Shown: in pieces, positions 54,232 to 63,740 of the stretch | Layout of the letters: each line of letters opens with the position of its first letter | Position numbering within the stretch: the first letter of the stretch is position 1 | IMG/VR virus record: IMGVR_UViG_3300009503_000002 | From: a virus | DNA: 64,000 bases | Direction: 5' to 3' (one strand) | The notes under the pieces: model-generated | What the model was told of the DNA's origin: nothing | What the model saw: the letters and a program-made list of their open reading frames with translations, nothing else | Database searches by the model: none | Translations under genes and position numbers: made by a program

Positions 54232-54897
54232 ATGACAGTTCAAGCTGGTTCGCCTGCAGTTCCATCTGACTATAACGACCTTCTCGATTTAGTGGATGAG
54301 CACTTCCATTCCGGAAGCGCGATGTTAGATGGTGTGACATTGTCAGATGCCTCGCTTTCGCTCGGTTGCATTGTTCCCGCAAATGTTAGCTCTACCCAGC
54401 GGCGCTTTTTCCTGCCTCCTATGTGCACGACCAGCGGCTGGAGTGTGAGGAGTGGGCGGCTGTGCTGCAAGGTAGGCAAGCCAACGTCAAGTGACGTCCG
54501 GCTTCTATACTGGCTCGCACCAATACCGGTCGAATTAGATGTTAGCAGTGGTGTTATCTTATCAACACGTCTGTTCTTTATCTGTGACCCACCGACGGGA
54601 AGCGGTGAGGTTGGGATTGATTTCCGCTTTTTCGAGAGACGTCATCGGGACTACGCCTCTCCTACTATTCTGAGGTCACAAGTGATTACCCATACGCCCA
54701 GGCTTGGCGAGAACATGATTGAGGTAAGTAGCCCAGCAGTCTGGACACTCGATTCTTTTCAAAGCACTCCCAATCCATACGAGCAAGGACAGTTTCGGTT
54801 CCTCCACTTCTATGTAACCAGGTCGTACAAGGTTGACACTTTCGAAGGAGTCATATATATTGTTGGACTGGAAGTGATTTATCAGGTAACATTCTAA
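54232..54897 (+). CDS. hypothetical tail protein
   Basis: ATG 54232 immediately follows the previous stop. 221 aa. Confidence 0.5.
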   Translation: MTVQAGSPAVPSDYNDLLDLVDEHFHSGSAMLDGVTLSDASLSLGCIVPANVSSTQRRFFLPPMCTTSGWSVRSGRLCCKVGKPTSSDVRLLYWLAPIPVELDVSSGVILSTRLFFICDPPTGSGEVGIDFRFFERRHRDYASPTILRSQVITHTPRLGENMIEVSSPAVWTLDSFQSTPNPYEQGQFRFLHFYVTRSYKVDTFEGVIYIVGLEVIYQVTF

Positions 54898-54911
54898 AGC
54901 AGGGAAGCGTA

Positions 54912-56333
54912 ATGGAACGCTATAATGCTCCGAGTGTGATGGTAGGAACCTCGTCTGAGATACCAGCGAGCGGCATTTATGGGCAGCTGTTCATCACTAC
55001 TGATACGAAGCAGACTTTTATGTGGAACGGTTCTGCCTGGACACTCGTCCTGCCAGTTTCAACTGCAGCTCGTGGGACGTTCACTGAGCTAGAGGACTGC
55101 CCATCATCCTATGTTGAGCAAAGCGGCAATCTCCTGCGGGTAAATGCCAATGAGAATGGACTGGAGTTCACAGATACTGAGACGCTAGCGGGGTCACTGG
55201 CTGGCTACTTTACAGATAGCGAACAGTTTAGTGCTGAGCGAGATCCATTTGCCTTGTTTATTCAACCATATGGCTTGACAAGTGGAACGATGCTGTGGGC
55301 CTATAGCGGGTTTGGCGTTGCTTTTTGGGGCGATGTCCGGTCTTCTATTCTGGGTCTGACCGCAGCCTCATGGAACCGAACAAACTGGGCTTTCACGCCG
55401 TACCGTGGCCCGTTTGGGGACTTCACTGGCGTCTCAACCTATCTATCTTCCGATGACAGTGGCCACTTTCGCGCTGGCGGATGGCACTGGTTGGTGTATG
55501 GCTGGGTATCTGTGGACAGAGCGCAGTCAGGTCAAGTTGTCTGTCGGCGTCAATGGCCTACGTACCACTCATGGGGGATAGAGTATCTTGCCTCAACACG
55601 GAAGTTCAGATGGGGTATATCAGAGACGGGAAATAGCGGGACGTCATTTGTTAATGTAGATACGGATGAAGTCCAGCCAGGCCGTTTTTACTTTGTAGCG
55701 GGATACTTCAATCCTGGTACAGATATTCGGATTTACTGGGCTAGCGCTGCCGAGTCATCACTCCATAGCAGAACGCAAGCAACAACATTTAATAGCCTGT
55801 ATGCTGGGACCGTGAAATTTGGTATCGGTGCCGGTTTTGATGATACAGGAAATCCTGCAAGTTACCTCTGTGGTAGGATTGGCCCGTTCGCAGGATGGGG
55901 AAATGTGCTTCCTGAAGAGGTAGAGACATTCCTCTCGACTGTTTTTGAGCGCACGAAGGATTTTTTCCGTCAGACGGGCTATAAGTATTACGCACTCACA
56001 ACACCTCTGACGAGTACCGATTGGGACGGCGATGCAAAGGCTGTTGGGACTTATACAATCTACCCACGACACTTTGGCTACCCTGCAAATGCAAGAGCCA
56101 TTGAGTTGCTGGTTCGGGCCACTTGGAGCGCGGCGGCTGATGGAAATTACCTCTTAACGAAGTCAGTTAGCACAGTTTCGAATGCAAACTCTGCAGTACG
56201 GGCAATGGTAGCCAACACTCCGACCGAACGAGTTTTCAAAGTTCCTCTTTGGCACGATGGTTCATTTCAGGTAATCGTAGCTGGAGCCGGTACGACTTCC
56301 ACATACCTATATGTGACAGGCTATTATAAGTGA
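54912..56333 (+). CDS. tail fibre protein with a C-terminal domain duplicated in the next gene
   Basis: 473 aa. The C-terminal segment PLTSTDWDGDAKAVGTYTI...VAGAGTTSTYLYVTGYY is shared with 56347-56718. Confidence 0.55.
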   Translation: MERYNAPSVMVGTSSEIPASGIYGQLFITTDTKQTFMWNGSAWTLVLPVSTAARGTFTELEDCPSSYVEQSGNLLRVNANENGLEFTDTETLAGSLAGYFTDSEQFSAERDPFALFIQPYGLTSGTMLWAYSGFGVAFWGDVRSSILGLTAASWNRTNWAFTPYRGPFGDFTGVSTYLSSDDSGHFRAGGWHWLVYGWVSVDRAQSGQVVCRRQWPTYHSWGIEYLASTRKFRWGISETGNSGTSFVNVDTDEVQPGRFYFVAGYFNPGTDIRIYWASAAESSLHSRTQATTFNSLYAGTVKFGIGAGFDDTGNPASYLCGRIGPFAGWGNVLPEEVETFLSTVFERTKDFFRQTGYKYYALTTPLTSTDWDGDAKAVGTYTIYPRHFGYPANARAIELLVRATWSAAADGNYLLTKSVSTVSNANSAVRAMVANTPTERVFKVPLWHDGSFQVIVAGAGTTSTYLYVTGYYK

Positions 56334-56346
56334 GAGCGATGGAAGA

Positions 56347-56718
56347 ATGGCTGCAAGACTCTTTCCGCTGGTCAATCCGCTAACGCACACCGACTGGGAT
56401 GGTGACGCGAAGTCAGTCGGGACGTACACAATCACACCAACCATGTTTGGTTATCCGACGGATGCAGTTGCGGTCTGTATCACGTTGAGTGCAAAGTGGA
56501 CTTCAGCAAACACGAACTATATTGTGTACGCTCGACCTGCAGGGTCTTCTGGTACGGGTCATATTCGGGTGACATCCATGGTTGCAAACATTACCAACGA
56601 CACTGGCGGTGATGTTGCGCTCGACAGTAACGCGAGCTTTGAGATAGTAGTAGCAGGTGCAGCGACGAGTAGTACGTATTTACAAGTGACAGGTTATTAT
56701 TTAGAAACGGAGGTTTGA
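56347..56718 (+). CDS. stand-alone copy of the fibre C-terminal domain
   Basis: PLTHTDWDGDAKSVGTYTI...VAGAATSSTYLQVTGYY. Confidence 0.55.
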   Translation: MAARLFPLVNPLTHTDWDGDAKSVGTYTITPTMFGYPTDAVAVCITLSAKWTSANTNYIVYARPAGSSGTGHIRVTSMVANITNDTGGDVALDSNASFEIVVAGAATSSTYLQVTGYYLETEV

Positions 56719-56719
56719 G

Positions 56720-59104
56720 ATGAGAGTCTTGTCAGAATCGTTTGAGAGTGGGCAGTGGACGCATCGCTGTTATCGGTTTACAGAGGGAAAGTCTGCTGAG
56801 CAGCTTGAGCTGGGAAATATCTTTGCACCAGATGGATGGGCGTTCTGGTTTTTCTCCAAGCCTGGAGAGCTTGACCAGCCTGAGGCGCGCTACTGTTGGG
56901 TATCGGCTGACCCGCGGCGCGTTCACTCTGGGAGCGGCGCTTTTATGTGGTTCTGGTTCTACCGCAAAGGGATTGCAGGCCTATGGAAAGTTTTAGATAT
57001 TACACCTGGACAGATTGTAAAAGTGAGCGCCTGGGCGCATGCCTGGAGCAATGGATATGCGGGCGGGCCAGCGAACGACGACCCGTTCTGGAGCGAATGG
57101 GCAGGTCGGAAGGTTGTTGCGATTGCAGAGCAGGATATTCCAGCACTGAATGGTGATGCTCAGAACGATGCCGCGGGCAATATTCTGTTCGATGTGGGGA
57201 TTGACCCCACGGGTGGGACCGACCCGCGCTCAGATAAGATTGTCTGGAGCACGGCATATGCCATCTACAATGGCTATTGTCAGCAGCTAGTTACCGAGGC
57301 TACCGCGCAGTCTAATAAAGTGACCGTATTTCTGCGTAGCCGTGTGAAGTGGCCGTTCAAGCACAACGATTGCTACTGGGATGATGTGGTAGTTGAAGCT
57401 GAGACGCCACCGCCATCACCTTCGCCGCGTGGCGCTCCGCGGATTGACTATGTGCGGACGTATCATGTTATCCCGCAGGATGCCTCATTGGAGCGGGCGA
57501 CCGAAATCTTCCGTAAATGCTGGCAAGAGAGCAGAGCGACAGTCGGCGGCAGCTATGATGATGCGGGCATCGGCGACCTGAGCGTGCGCAATGCAGTCCT
57601 GTGGGATATTCCAGCGGAACGCAGACAGGAGTTTCTAGATTGGTATCGGAAGCACTATCCCGGTGTCAACGTGCGGTTCGAGGGGGCTGGCAGCGTTGAG
57701 CCTAAGCCTGCAACGGATGAAGTCTTACTAAGCCAGTGCGACCCCTTGTGGGCCAGCAGACGGTTTGGCGGGCCTGACTGTACGCTCACGATTGGGCAGG
57801 CGGGCTGTTTTATCACCTGCCTCGCGATGGCGCAGCGCTATCTGAAGATAAAACTGGACGCGACGCCCATAACGGTGGATGAAACGCTGGGGCCGAGCGG
57901 CTACACGGGATGTCGAGCGCTATGGTCAGCAATCAATGCCAGGCTAGGAATTTTCATCAGCAGCGGCACTGAGCAAGATGTTCGGAACGCATTGACGACT
58001 GGCAAATGCGCATTAGCGGAAGTCGCGCCGCAGACATATGAGCACTTCGTAATGGTGACGCGCTATGAGAATGGGCGCTATTGGATGTACGACCCGTGGA
58101 AAAACATCGCGGGCTGGCTTGACGAGCATTATCCTGGGGTGGATAGCTGGAGGATCCTCGCGCCAAACCCTAGTACAGCGCCGTCAGGTGGGCAATTGCG
58201 ACGCCTGCTGACGGCGCATGCGCAGACATGGATTGGTGGGCTGTCTGACTTCCTCTACACCCACCGCCCAGTGGGGTTCAAGCGGGTGACAGGATGCGAG
58301 GATATTATCACAGCGCAGGTACTCAATCCGGGGATGGTTTGCGTATACCGACCAGAAGGGAATTGGGCAACGCCTCAAGAGAGGGTGCGGGCCAATCTCG
58401 ATACGCTCAGACGCGTTTGTGATGAGCTGGAGAAGCGCAACCTCCCGTTAGTGTTCGGCAAGCGATTCTGGATGGAAGGGCCCAACGAAGTATATGGGAC
58501 GGACAGAGCAGACAACCTCCGTTGGCGGGATTGGGAGTTGCAGTTTGTGAGAGAATTGGCAGCTGCCGAGCCGCGTGTTGGAGCTTGCGTCTTCTGTGCG
58601 GCAGTGGGCAATCCGCCCGAAGACCAGTGGAAAGACTTGGCGCCGCTGGCGCAGGTTGTGCAAGAGAACGGTGGACTTTTCGGTTATCATGGGTATTTTG
58701 CCGCCAACCCGACGTGGTGTAGTTTAGATGACTTTGAGACGCATGGCCGCTGGCTAGAGTTTCGCTGGATGCAGATTGACGATGCGCTGCGAAGCTACGG
58801 CGCGACGGTACGCTGGTTTCTAGGCGAGTGTGGAGCGGTAGGAGGGAAACCCGTGACGGGTGGCTATAATCTGCTGCCGAACGATGGTTGGCGGTCGAAA
58901 GAGTGCCTCAATGGGGACTGGGCAAAGTATCTGCAATATCTGGAGCGGTTTTTAGAGCGCTGCATTGCCTGGAATACGACACATGAGGATAGGCTGGTAG
59001 GGGCGGCGCTGTTCACGGTTGGAGAGGCATTTGTGGGCTGGGATAGTTTCAAACTATGGGGCAACGAGCTTCAACAGATAGGAGAGATGATGAAGTCCAA
59101 ATGA
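56720..59104 (+). CDS. multidomain cell-wall hydrolase (putative endolysin): papain-like Cys peptidase plus TIM-barrel glycoside-hydrolase-like domain
   Basis: SQCDPLWASRRFGG...IGQAGCFITCLAMA with the later EHFVMV..YDPW gives a C39/CHAP-like Cys-His arrangement. The C-terminal MEGPNEV and FLGECG resemble clan GH-A acid/base and nucleophile motifs. Confidence 0.65.
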   Translation: MRVLSESFESGQWTHRCYRFTEGKSAEQLELGNIFAPDGWAFWFFSKPGELDQPEARYCWVSADPRRVHSGSGAFMWFWFYRKGIAGLWKVLDITPGQIVKVSAWAHAWSNGYAGGPANDDPFWSEWAGRKVVAIAEQDIPALNGDAQNDAAGNILFDVGIDPTGGTDPRSDKIVWSTAYAIYNGYCQQLVTEATAQSNKVTVFLRSRVKWPFKHNDCYWDDVVVEAETPPPSPSPRGAPRIDYVRTYHVIPQDASLERATEIFRKCWQESRATVGGSYDDAGIGDLSVRNAVLWDIPAERRQEFLDWYRKHYPGVNVRFEGAGSVEPKPATDEVLLSQCDPLWASRRFGGPDCTLTIGQAGCFITCLAMAQRYLKIKLDATPITVDETLGPSGYTGCRALWSAINARLGIFISSGTEQDVRNALTTGKCALAEVAPQTYEHFVMVTRYENGRYWMYDPWKNIAGWLDEHYPGVDSWRILAPNPSTAPSGGQLRRLLTAHAQTWIGGLSDFLYTHRPVGFKRVTGCEDIITAQVLNPGMVCVYRPEGNWATPQERVRANLDTLRRVCDELEKRNLPLVFGKRFWMEGPNEVYGTDRADNLRWRDWELQFVRELAAAEPRVGACVFCAAVGNPPEDQWKDLAPLAQVVQENGGLFGYHGYFAANPTWCSLDDFETHGRWLEFRWMQIDDALRSYGATVRWFLGECGAVGGKPVTGGYNLLPNDGWRSKECLNGDWAKYLQYLERFLERCIAWNTTHEDRLVGAALFTVGEAFVGWDSFKLWGNELQQIGEMMKSK

Positions 59105-59382
59105 CGCCAGATGGGTTGGAAGGAACAGACGATAGAATAGCCCTTGCGATTGTCGTGACGAAGCTAGACCAATTGTCAAGCGACTTGCATAGCTGGCGTG
59201 CTGAGACGCGCGAGCAGATGAGACAAATCTGCCAGCAAATCGAGCAGCACGATGCCCGTTTGCGAGACTTGGAACGTCAACATGAGGCAATGAAGGTTCG
59301 TGTTGGCGGCTGGGCCGGGATCCAGACGGCGCTATCAGCTGTCCTGAGCGCAATAGCAGCGTGGATTGGGTATAGGAATTGA
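59101..59382 (+). CDS. coiled-coil protein with a C-terminal TM helix (lysis accessory or holin-like)
   Basis: ATGA overlap. C-terminal GWAGIQTALSAVLSAIAAWIGY. Confidence 0.5.
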   Translation: MTPDGLEGTDDRIALAIVVTKLDQLSSDLHSWRAETREQMRQICQQIEQHDARLRDLERQHEAMKVRVGGWAGIQTALSAVLSAIAAWIGYRN

Positions 59383-60206
59383 CGAAGCGGCGGCGAACGG
59401 TCATACTCGCATTGGCGGATACCCATGCGGGTTATCGGTTGGGCTTGATGAACCCCGACATCATACTGCCCGCCGATGATACAGGCGAGCCGATACGCCC
59501 TATCGTGACGGAGTTTCAGAAGTGGTTGTGGGGGTGCTACGTAGAGGATATGCAGGCGGTGCGCGAGTTTGCGGGGCGCGACCGCCTTTTGATTGTTCAC
59601 GTGGGAGACATATGTCAGGGCAACCGCGTCTCCCATGCATTGGTTACGCCACGGCTTTCTGACCAGGTGGAGATTGCGGTTGGGAATACGAAGCAGTGGC
59701 CACGCGCCGAGCGGATATTTCTCGTGATTGGTACTGATCCGCATGAGCTAGACGAGATGGGCACGCTGGTCAATCTGGTTGCGGCGAGAATTAGGAATGC
59801 GGAAGTTGTATCGCACCTGTTATTGGATATAGAGGGCTGTCTAGTAGACATCGCCCATCACGGGCCGCAGTCGGGCATTCGATTTTGGACACGCGGGAAT
59901 GTTGCACGCCTCTACGCGCAGAGCGTGATTATGAATGAAGTGGGGCGGGGGTGCGCACCCCCTCGCATTCTCCTGCGCGCACATTATCACAATCCCGTGC
60001 ACGAGACGGTTAGGGTAGGACAATATATGTGCGATATGATTAGCCTACCATCTTATAGCGGGATGTCTCCATATGGGCGAAAGATGATGCAAAGCGCGCA
60101 CTTGTTGGGTGTAGGATGTCTTGCCTTCGAGGTCATTAATGGGGAGGTGGGGCGTTGGCTGGAACGGACGCACTGGCTAGACCTGCGGATACAGCGGAAG
60201 GTATAG
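59379..60206 (+). CDS. calcineurin-like metallophosphoesterase
   Basis: LALADTHAG (DxH), VHVGDICQGN (GD) and LLRAHYHNP (GH/H). TTG start uncertain. Confidence 0.65.
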   Translation: MTKRRRTVILALADTHAGYRLGLMNPDIILPADDTGEPIRPIVTEFQKWLWGCYVEDMQAVREFAGRDRLLIVHVGDICQGNRVSHALVTPRLSDQVEIAVGNTKQWPRAERIFLVIGTDPHELDEMGTLVNLVAARIRNAEVVSHLLLDIEGCLVDIAHHGPQSGIRFWTRGNVARLYAQSVIMNEVGRGCAPPRILLRAHYHNPVHETVRVGQYMCDMISLPSYSGMSPYGRKMMQSAHLLGVGCLAFEVINGEVGRWLERTHWLDLRIQRKV

Positions 60207-60445
60207 ATAGGCAGAAGATTATCGAAGAGCTATCTGCGGTAGGGCTGGGAGATACATTAGCCCCTGAACTTGCGTCAGATGAGTTTACAATTTATGATGT
60301 CATGCGGCAGCTCAAGCTGAAAAGGCGACGCGCCGAAGCGCTCGTGGCGAAATGGTGTGTAGCTGGGCGGATACTTGAGGTAGGTTATCGCTATCGGCCT
60401 GAGACAGGCCGGATAGTGCGGGCGTATAAAAAGTCAGGAGATTAG
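60155..60445 (+). CDS. hypothetical protein
   Basis: ORF with a non-ATG start that overlaps the previous gene. Weak support. Confidence 0.3.
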   Translation: MAGTDALARPADTAEGIDRQKIIEELSAVGLGDTLAPELASDEFTIYDVMRQLKLKRRRAEALVAKWCVAGRILEVGYRYRPETGRIVRAYKKSGD

Positions 60446-60561
60446 AATAGAGATGGGCGCTATGTCCGAGGCGGACGGATTATCAAGCCGTCTTAGCGCG
60501 TTATCAAACCGTTTCTGCGGATTTGTTTCAAGTTTTACAGTGTATGATACGGGAGGTTGAG

Positions 60562-60753
60562 ATGGAGACCAAGAAGTGGTGGGAAAGCAAGATTGTATGG
60601 TTGGGCATCATCGAGACGCTGATAGGAGTATTGCAAATCGTTCAGCAACAGATTGAGGTAGGGTCGCTGAATGGCGCCGGTGTTGTCAACATACTAATCG
60701 GCGCCTTGACAATCATTATGCGTGTCTGGTTTACGAACAAGGTTATTAGTTAG
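60562..60753 (+). CDS. two-TM small membrane protein, holin-like
   Basis: ATG 60562 follows GGGAGG. TM1 IVWLGIIETLIGVLQIV and TM2 AGVVNILIGALTIIMRVWF. Confidence 0.5.
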   Translation: METKKWWESKIVWLGIIETLIGVLQIVQQQIEVGSLNGAGVVNILIGALTIIMRVWFTNKVIS

Positions 60754-60865
60754 CGTTTGAGGGACTCCCAACAAAAGAGAGCCGCTGCGCTTTCGAGCTT
60801 GCCAAAACTGCCACCTCACTGTCACTTTTTTCTACATTTGTGCCACCGCCTGCAGCAGTTGTGCA

Positions 60866-60893
60866 TTGACTGCCGAGGAAAGGCTAGTATAAT
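60866..60893 (+). promoter_or_regulatory. sigma70-type promoter of the small-gene (early) block
   Basis: TTGACT (60866-60871), 16 nt, TATAAT (60888-60893). Confidence 0.55.
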
Positions 60894-60925
60894 GTGAGCA
60901 AAATTATAGCAGAGGAGTGCTAAAA

Positions 60926-61237
60926 ATGAACTGGGAAGAATTAACAAAAGAAGACCAAGAGGTTTATGAGGCAGTGCGGGAGTTTGACAGGAAGTGGAGC
61001 CCTAGTCTCATGAAGCTGATAGAACGGGGTGATGCTAATCAGCTACGGGAAGCATTAGTTTGGCTCGTGACGAGGCTTCTAGTTGATTCGACCGAATGGT
61101 GGGCATTCATTGTGGCTGGGTTGTTGTATACCAACCATGGCGGGCGACTTCTGAATTTAGACGATTTCCAACGCATCAGTTACAAACTGGCACCGCCTGA
61201 AGTCTTAGTGCCCGCTGAGGAGGAGGTGTTTGCATGA
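60926..61237 (+). CDS. hypothetical protein
   Basis: ATG 60926 follows AGAGGAG. 103 aa. Confidence 0.5.
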   Translation: MNWEELTKEDQEVYEAVREFDRKWSPSLMKLIERGDANQLREALVWLVTRLLVDSTEWWAFIVAGLLYTNHGGRLLNLDDFQRISYKLAPPEVLVPAEEEVFA

Positions 61238-61488
61238 AGCTGATATTCGATAGTGCTGCATTTCAGACGAGGAGGCCTTTAGATGAGGCACAGGAAAGTC
61301 AAGGGATTGCCTTTTTGGTGATGAAATACGGCACCCCGAAGTGGGCTGGTCTGTTGGTGAAGCTCCCACTAAATGAAGTTGACCTTGAGGAAGTTCAGAA
61401 CGAACTTGCTGAGCTCCTGGATTCTGCAACGGGGATGGTATATGTCAAGAAATCCAAAAGTCATAGAAGCCGAGAAAAGGTCGCTTGA
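61234..61488 (+). CDS. hypothetical protein
   Basis: ATGA overlap. 84 aa. Confidence 0.4.
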   Translation: MKLIFDSAAFQTRRPLDEAQESQGIAFLVMKYGTPKWAGLLVKLPLNEVDLEEVQNELAELLDSATGMVYVKKSKSHRSREKVA

Positions 61489-61738
61489 AGTGATGTACGT
61501 GGCCAGCTCTGTCCTAAAGGCAGCCAAAGGGCTGCCTTGTACGCGGGAGCAGCTTGAGCGGTTGAGTGAATTAGCGGGCGGAGCCGCTGACCATATCGCA
61601 AAATGGGCGTATGGGAGGCCAGCTCAATCACTCTCGATGGCTGAGATGGGAGCATTGATTTTATGGTTTGAACAGGAGCCGCCTGATGTAAGATGCCTAG
61701 TCCTGAGCGAGGCCGAGAACCAAGAGATACCCTTCTAA
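61442..61738 (+). CDS. hypothetical protein
   Basis: ATG 61442 within the ORF-track frame 61373-61738. Overlaps the previous gene. Confidence 0.4.
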   Translation: MSRNPKVIEAEKRSLEVMYVASSVLKAAKGLPCTREQLERLSELAGGAADHIAKWAYGRPAQSLSMAEMGALILWFEQEPPDVRCLVLSEAENQEIPF

Positions 61739-62202
61739 CGCGACATGGTTTTCACAGAAGCACACTGGGACGGGCGCTTGTTTGGAAGGAAGTCAAGTTT
61801 TTGGGAATACCTCTGAAGACATTAGCAGGCATTTTCTGGCAGACTAACGGTTTTAAGCGAAGGCACACTTGCCGTGGTTGTGGATACATAGAGGTCTGTA
61901 GAAAACAAGTTGCGCAAGGGAATTATGCTGGTTGTGAAGTTCCGTTAATCGGAGAGCTCTTTTGGGAGCAGAAACAAAGGTTGAAGGAGAATGCTTTGAT
62001 GCGAGGGAAAAGAGAACAAATCAATGTGGTCAAGATAGTCTGTTCTGTCTGTGGTAATGAGCTGAAGGTAGAGAGCCGGGAGTTCGAAGAAGGTGTGTTT
62101 CAGGCAGAAGTAAGCCCCTGTCAGAACTGCATGACAAACCGCTTGAAGGCGGTTCTGCATCTCCTGGCTACTACGAAGTCATCTGATGGGAAGCAGAAAT
62201 GA
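61693..62202 (+). CDS. Cys-containing protein whose C-terminal ~70 aa is a zinc-ribbon paralog of 62951-63202
   Basis: VKIVCSVCGNELKVE...EVSPCQNC. Start uncertain: the alternative ATG 61999 has the RBS GAAGGAGA. Confidence 0.4.
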   Translation: MPSPERGREPRDTLLTRHGFHRSTLGRALVWKEVKFLGIPLKTLAGIFWQTNGFKRRHTCRGCGYIEVCRKQVAQGNYAGCEVPLIGELFWEQKQRLKENALMRGKREQINVVKIVCSVCGNELKVESREFEEGVFQAEVSPCQNCMTNRLKAVLHLLATTKSSDGKQK

Positions 62203-62303
62203 TGATGTGGGTCATGTACACTATCCTAGTATTAGGGTTTCTGCTCATCTCATGGGCGCATATGTGGGATGCTTGATTCTTGACGATATAGCAGAGGTGT
62301 GCT

Positions 62304-62732
62304 ATGGTAGAGGTGCAAAGTGCTTGGGTAGGTAAGGCTGCTCATCGCTTTGCCTCCTTTCCAAAGCAGGCTGAGTTTGGGACGCGCCAGATAAGGCGTC
62401 AGGTAGGGGCTGGCCGCGCGGGTTGCGCAAATTGCGGAGTAGAGTGCCCCAAGTTCCCAACTCAGCCTGCTTTTTCCTATCATCTACCGCCCGGAGGTTT
62501 TGTTCAGATGCGTTGTTATGTGTGCAACCAGAAGCTGAAGTGGACTGAACGTGGATGGGTTCATTCAAACGGCAGCGGGAAGCTGACCGAGTGTCTTAGG
62601 TGCGGGTGGTGCGGTGCACTCTCTGCATTAGCCGATGAGTGCCCTAGATGTCATGCGGTTGGCTTCCTCAAGACACATTCGCCTGTGCCAGTGCCGGACA
62701 ACACAAATGGAGGGATAAAACATGGAAACTAA
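62304..62732 (+). CDS. Cys-rich (multi-CxxC) protein
   Basis: CANCGVEC, CYVCNQ, CLRCGWCG and CPRCH. Confidence 0.5.
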   Translation: MVEVQSAWVGKAAHRFASFPKQAEFGTRQIRRQVGAGRAGCANCGVECPKFPTQPAFSYHLPPGGFVQMRCYVCNQKLKWTERGWVHSNGSGKLTECLRCGWCGALSALADECPRCHAVGFLKTHSPVPVPDNTNGGIKHGN

Positions 62733-62937
62733 AGAACTAGACCAGACAGCACGGAGTGCACGTAAGATAATTAGCGAGCTGATAGAAGAGCTAGAAGGTT
62801 GTTTAGATGCTGAGGGTTGGCGTGCAGATTCAAGGGGACAGATTAGATTTGTAGTCCGCCGCATTCTAGAGTACAGCCAGGACTTGACTGACCTGTTGCC
62901 AGACCTAGATTGGTTGGCCTATGAGAGCGTCTTTTAA
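62722..62937 (+). CDS. hypothetical small protein
   Basis: 71 aa. Overlaps the previous stop. Confidence 0.45.
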   Translation: METKELDQTARSARKIISELIEELEGCLDAEGWRADSRGQIRFVVRRILEYSQDLTDLLPDLDWLAYESVF

Positions 62938-62950
62938 AGGAGGGGTTACA

Positions 62951-63202
62951 ATGGCAGAACCAAAGCTGCATGAAGTGGGTGACCTAGTGAATGAGTTACT
63001 GAAGAAGAACAAGATGAGGTTAGTTGACGTGGTTAAAGCAGTATGTGCTGACTGTGGCAGTGAGCTGGAGATTGAGAAGCAAGAACTTAAAGATGGCATT
63101 CTGACGGTTGAGGTAGGCTCTTGTCGAAAGTGTGTTTCAGGCGGCTTCAAGTTGGCACTCGAATCAATACTTGCCGCCTTAGCATTCGGCAGCAAGAAGT
63201 GA
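62951..63202 (+). CDS. small zinc-ribbon protein, paralog of the 61693-62202 C-terminus
   Basis: ATG 62951 follows AAAGGAGGGG. VKAVCADCGSELEIE...EVGSCRKC. Confidence 0.5.
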   Translation: MAEPKLHEVGDLVNELLKKNKMRLVDVVKAVCADCGSELEIEKQELKDGILTVEVGSCRKCVSGGFKLALESILAALAFGSKK

Positions 63203-63222
63203 CTTTATAAAGGAGGAACACA

Positions 63223-63324
63223 ATGTCTAAGACGCAGCGGTTCTCGAAGGTGATAGAGTACCTAGATGGACGTAGTGATGTGAGCGCGCGAATGATTTAC
63301 AGGGAAATACTTATGCTAGAGTAG
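63223..63324 (+). CDS. possible 33-aa peptide
   Basis: ATG 63223 follows AAAGGAGGAA. Below the ORF-track length cutoff. Confidence 0.3.
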   Translation: MSKTQRFSKVIEYLDGRSDVSARMIYREILMLE

Positions 63325-63344
63325 CAAGAAAGGGACAGATAGCG

Positions 63345-63716
63345 ATGAAGGTCTTTATTCCTGATTGCACACTTGCTTGGGATGAAAAAACAAAAGGCCT
63401 TCCGGTTTACATAATAGACCAGGAGGGCAACATTCTAGGCCATTTTGAAGCACAGGAAGACCCGCTAACGGTAGAACTGCCGGAAGAGACTTGGCGTCTT
63501 CTTTGGTTCTACCGCTCAAGGTTCCCTGGGTCCAGAGAAGTTTTCCTTTTTCGTCCAGAGAATGGGCTTCCGAAGGATGCTAGCGTTCACTATGGGAACT
63601 TCCCAGAGGAAATTCGGGCTATTATCCCCGGCGAGGCTGGAAAGATGACTATTCGGTTTCTTCATCCCGAATGGGAGGGGCCGAATCCGCTGCTGGATTA
63701 TGAGATGATTGGCTAA
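63345..63716 (+). CDS. hypothetical protein
   Basis: 123-aa ORF with an ATG start. Confidence 0.5.
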   Translation: MKVFIPDCTLAWDEKTKGLPVYIIDQEGNILGHFEAQEDPLTVELPEETWRLLWFYRSRFPGSREVFLFRPENGLPKDASVHYGNFPEEIRAIIPGEAGKMTIRFLHPEWEGPNPLLDYEMIG

Positions 63717-63740
63717 AAGTGTTCACGCCAGGAGGTTGCA

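Noticed and set aside
55988-56718. Diversity-generating retroelement (template/variable repeat pair)
   Set aside because: No reverse transcriptase gene is in the window. The two copies differ throughout at the protein level rather than only at adenine-templated positions.
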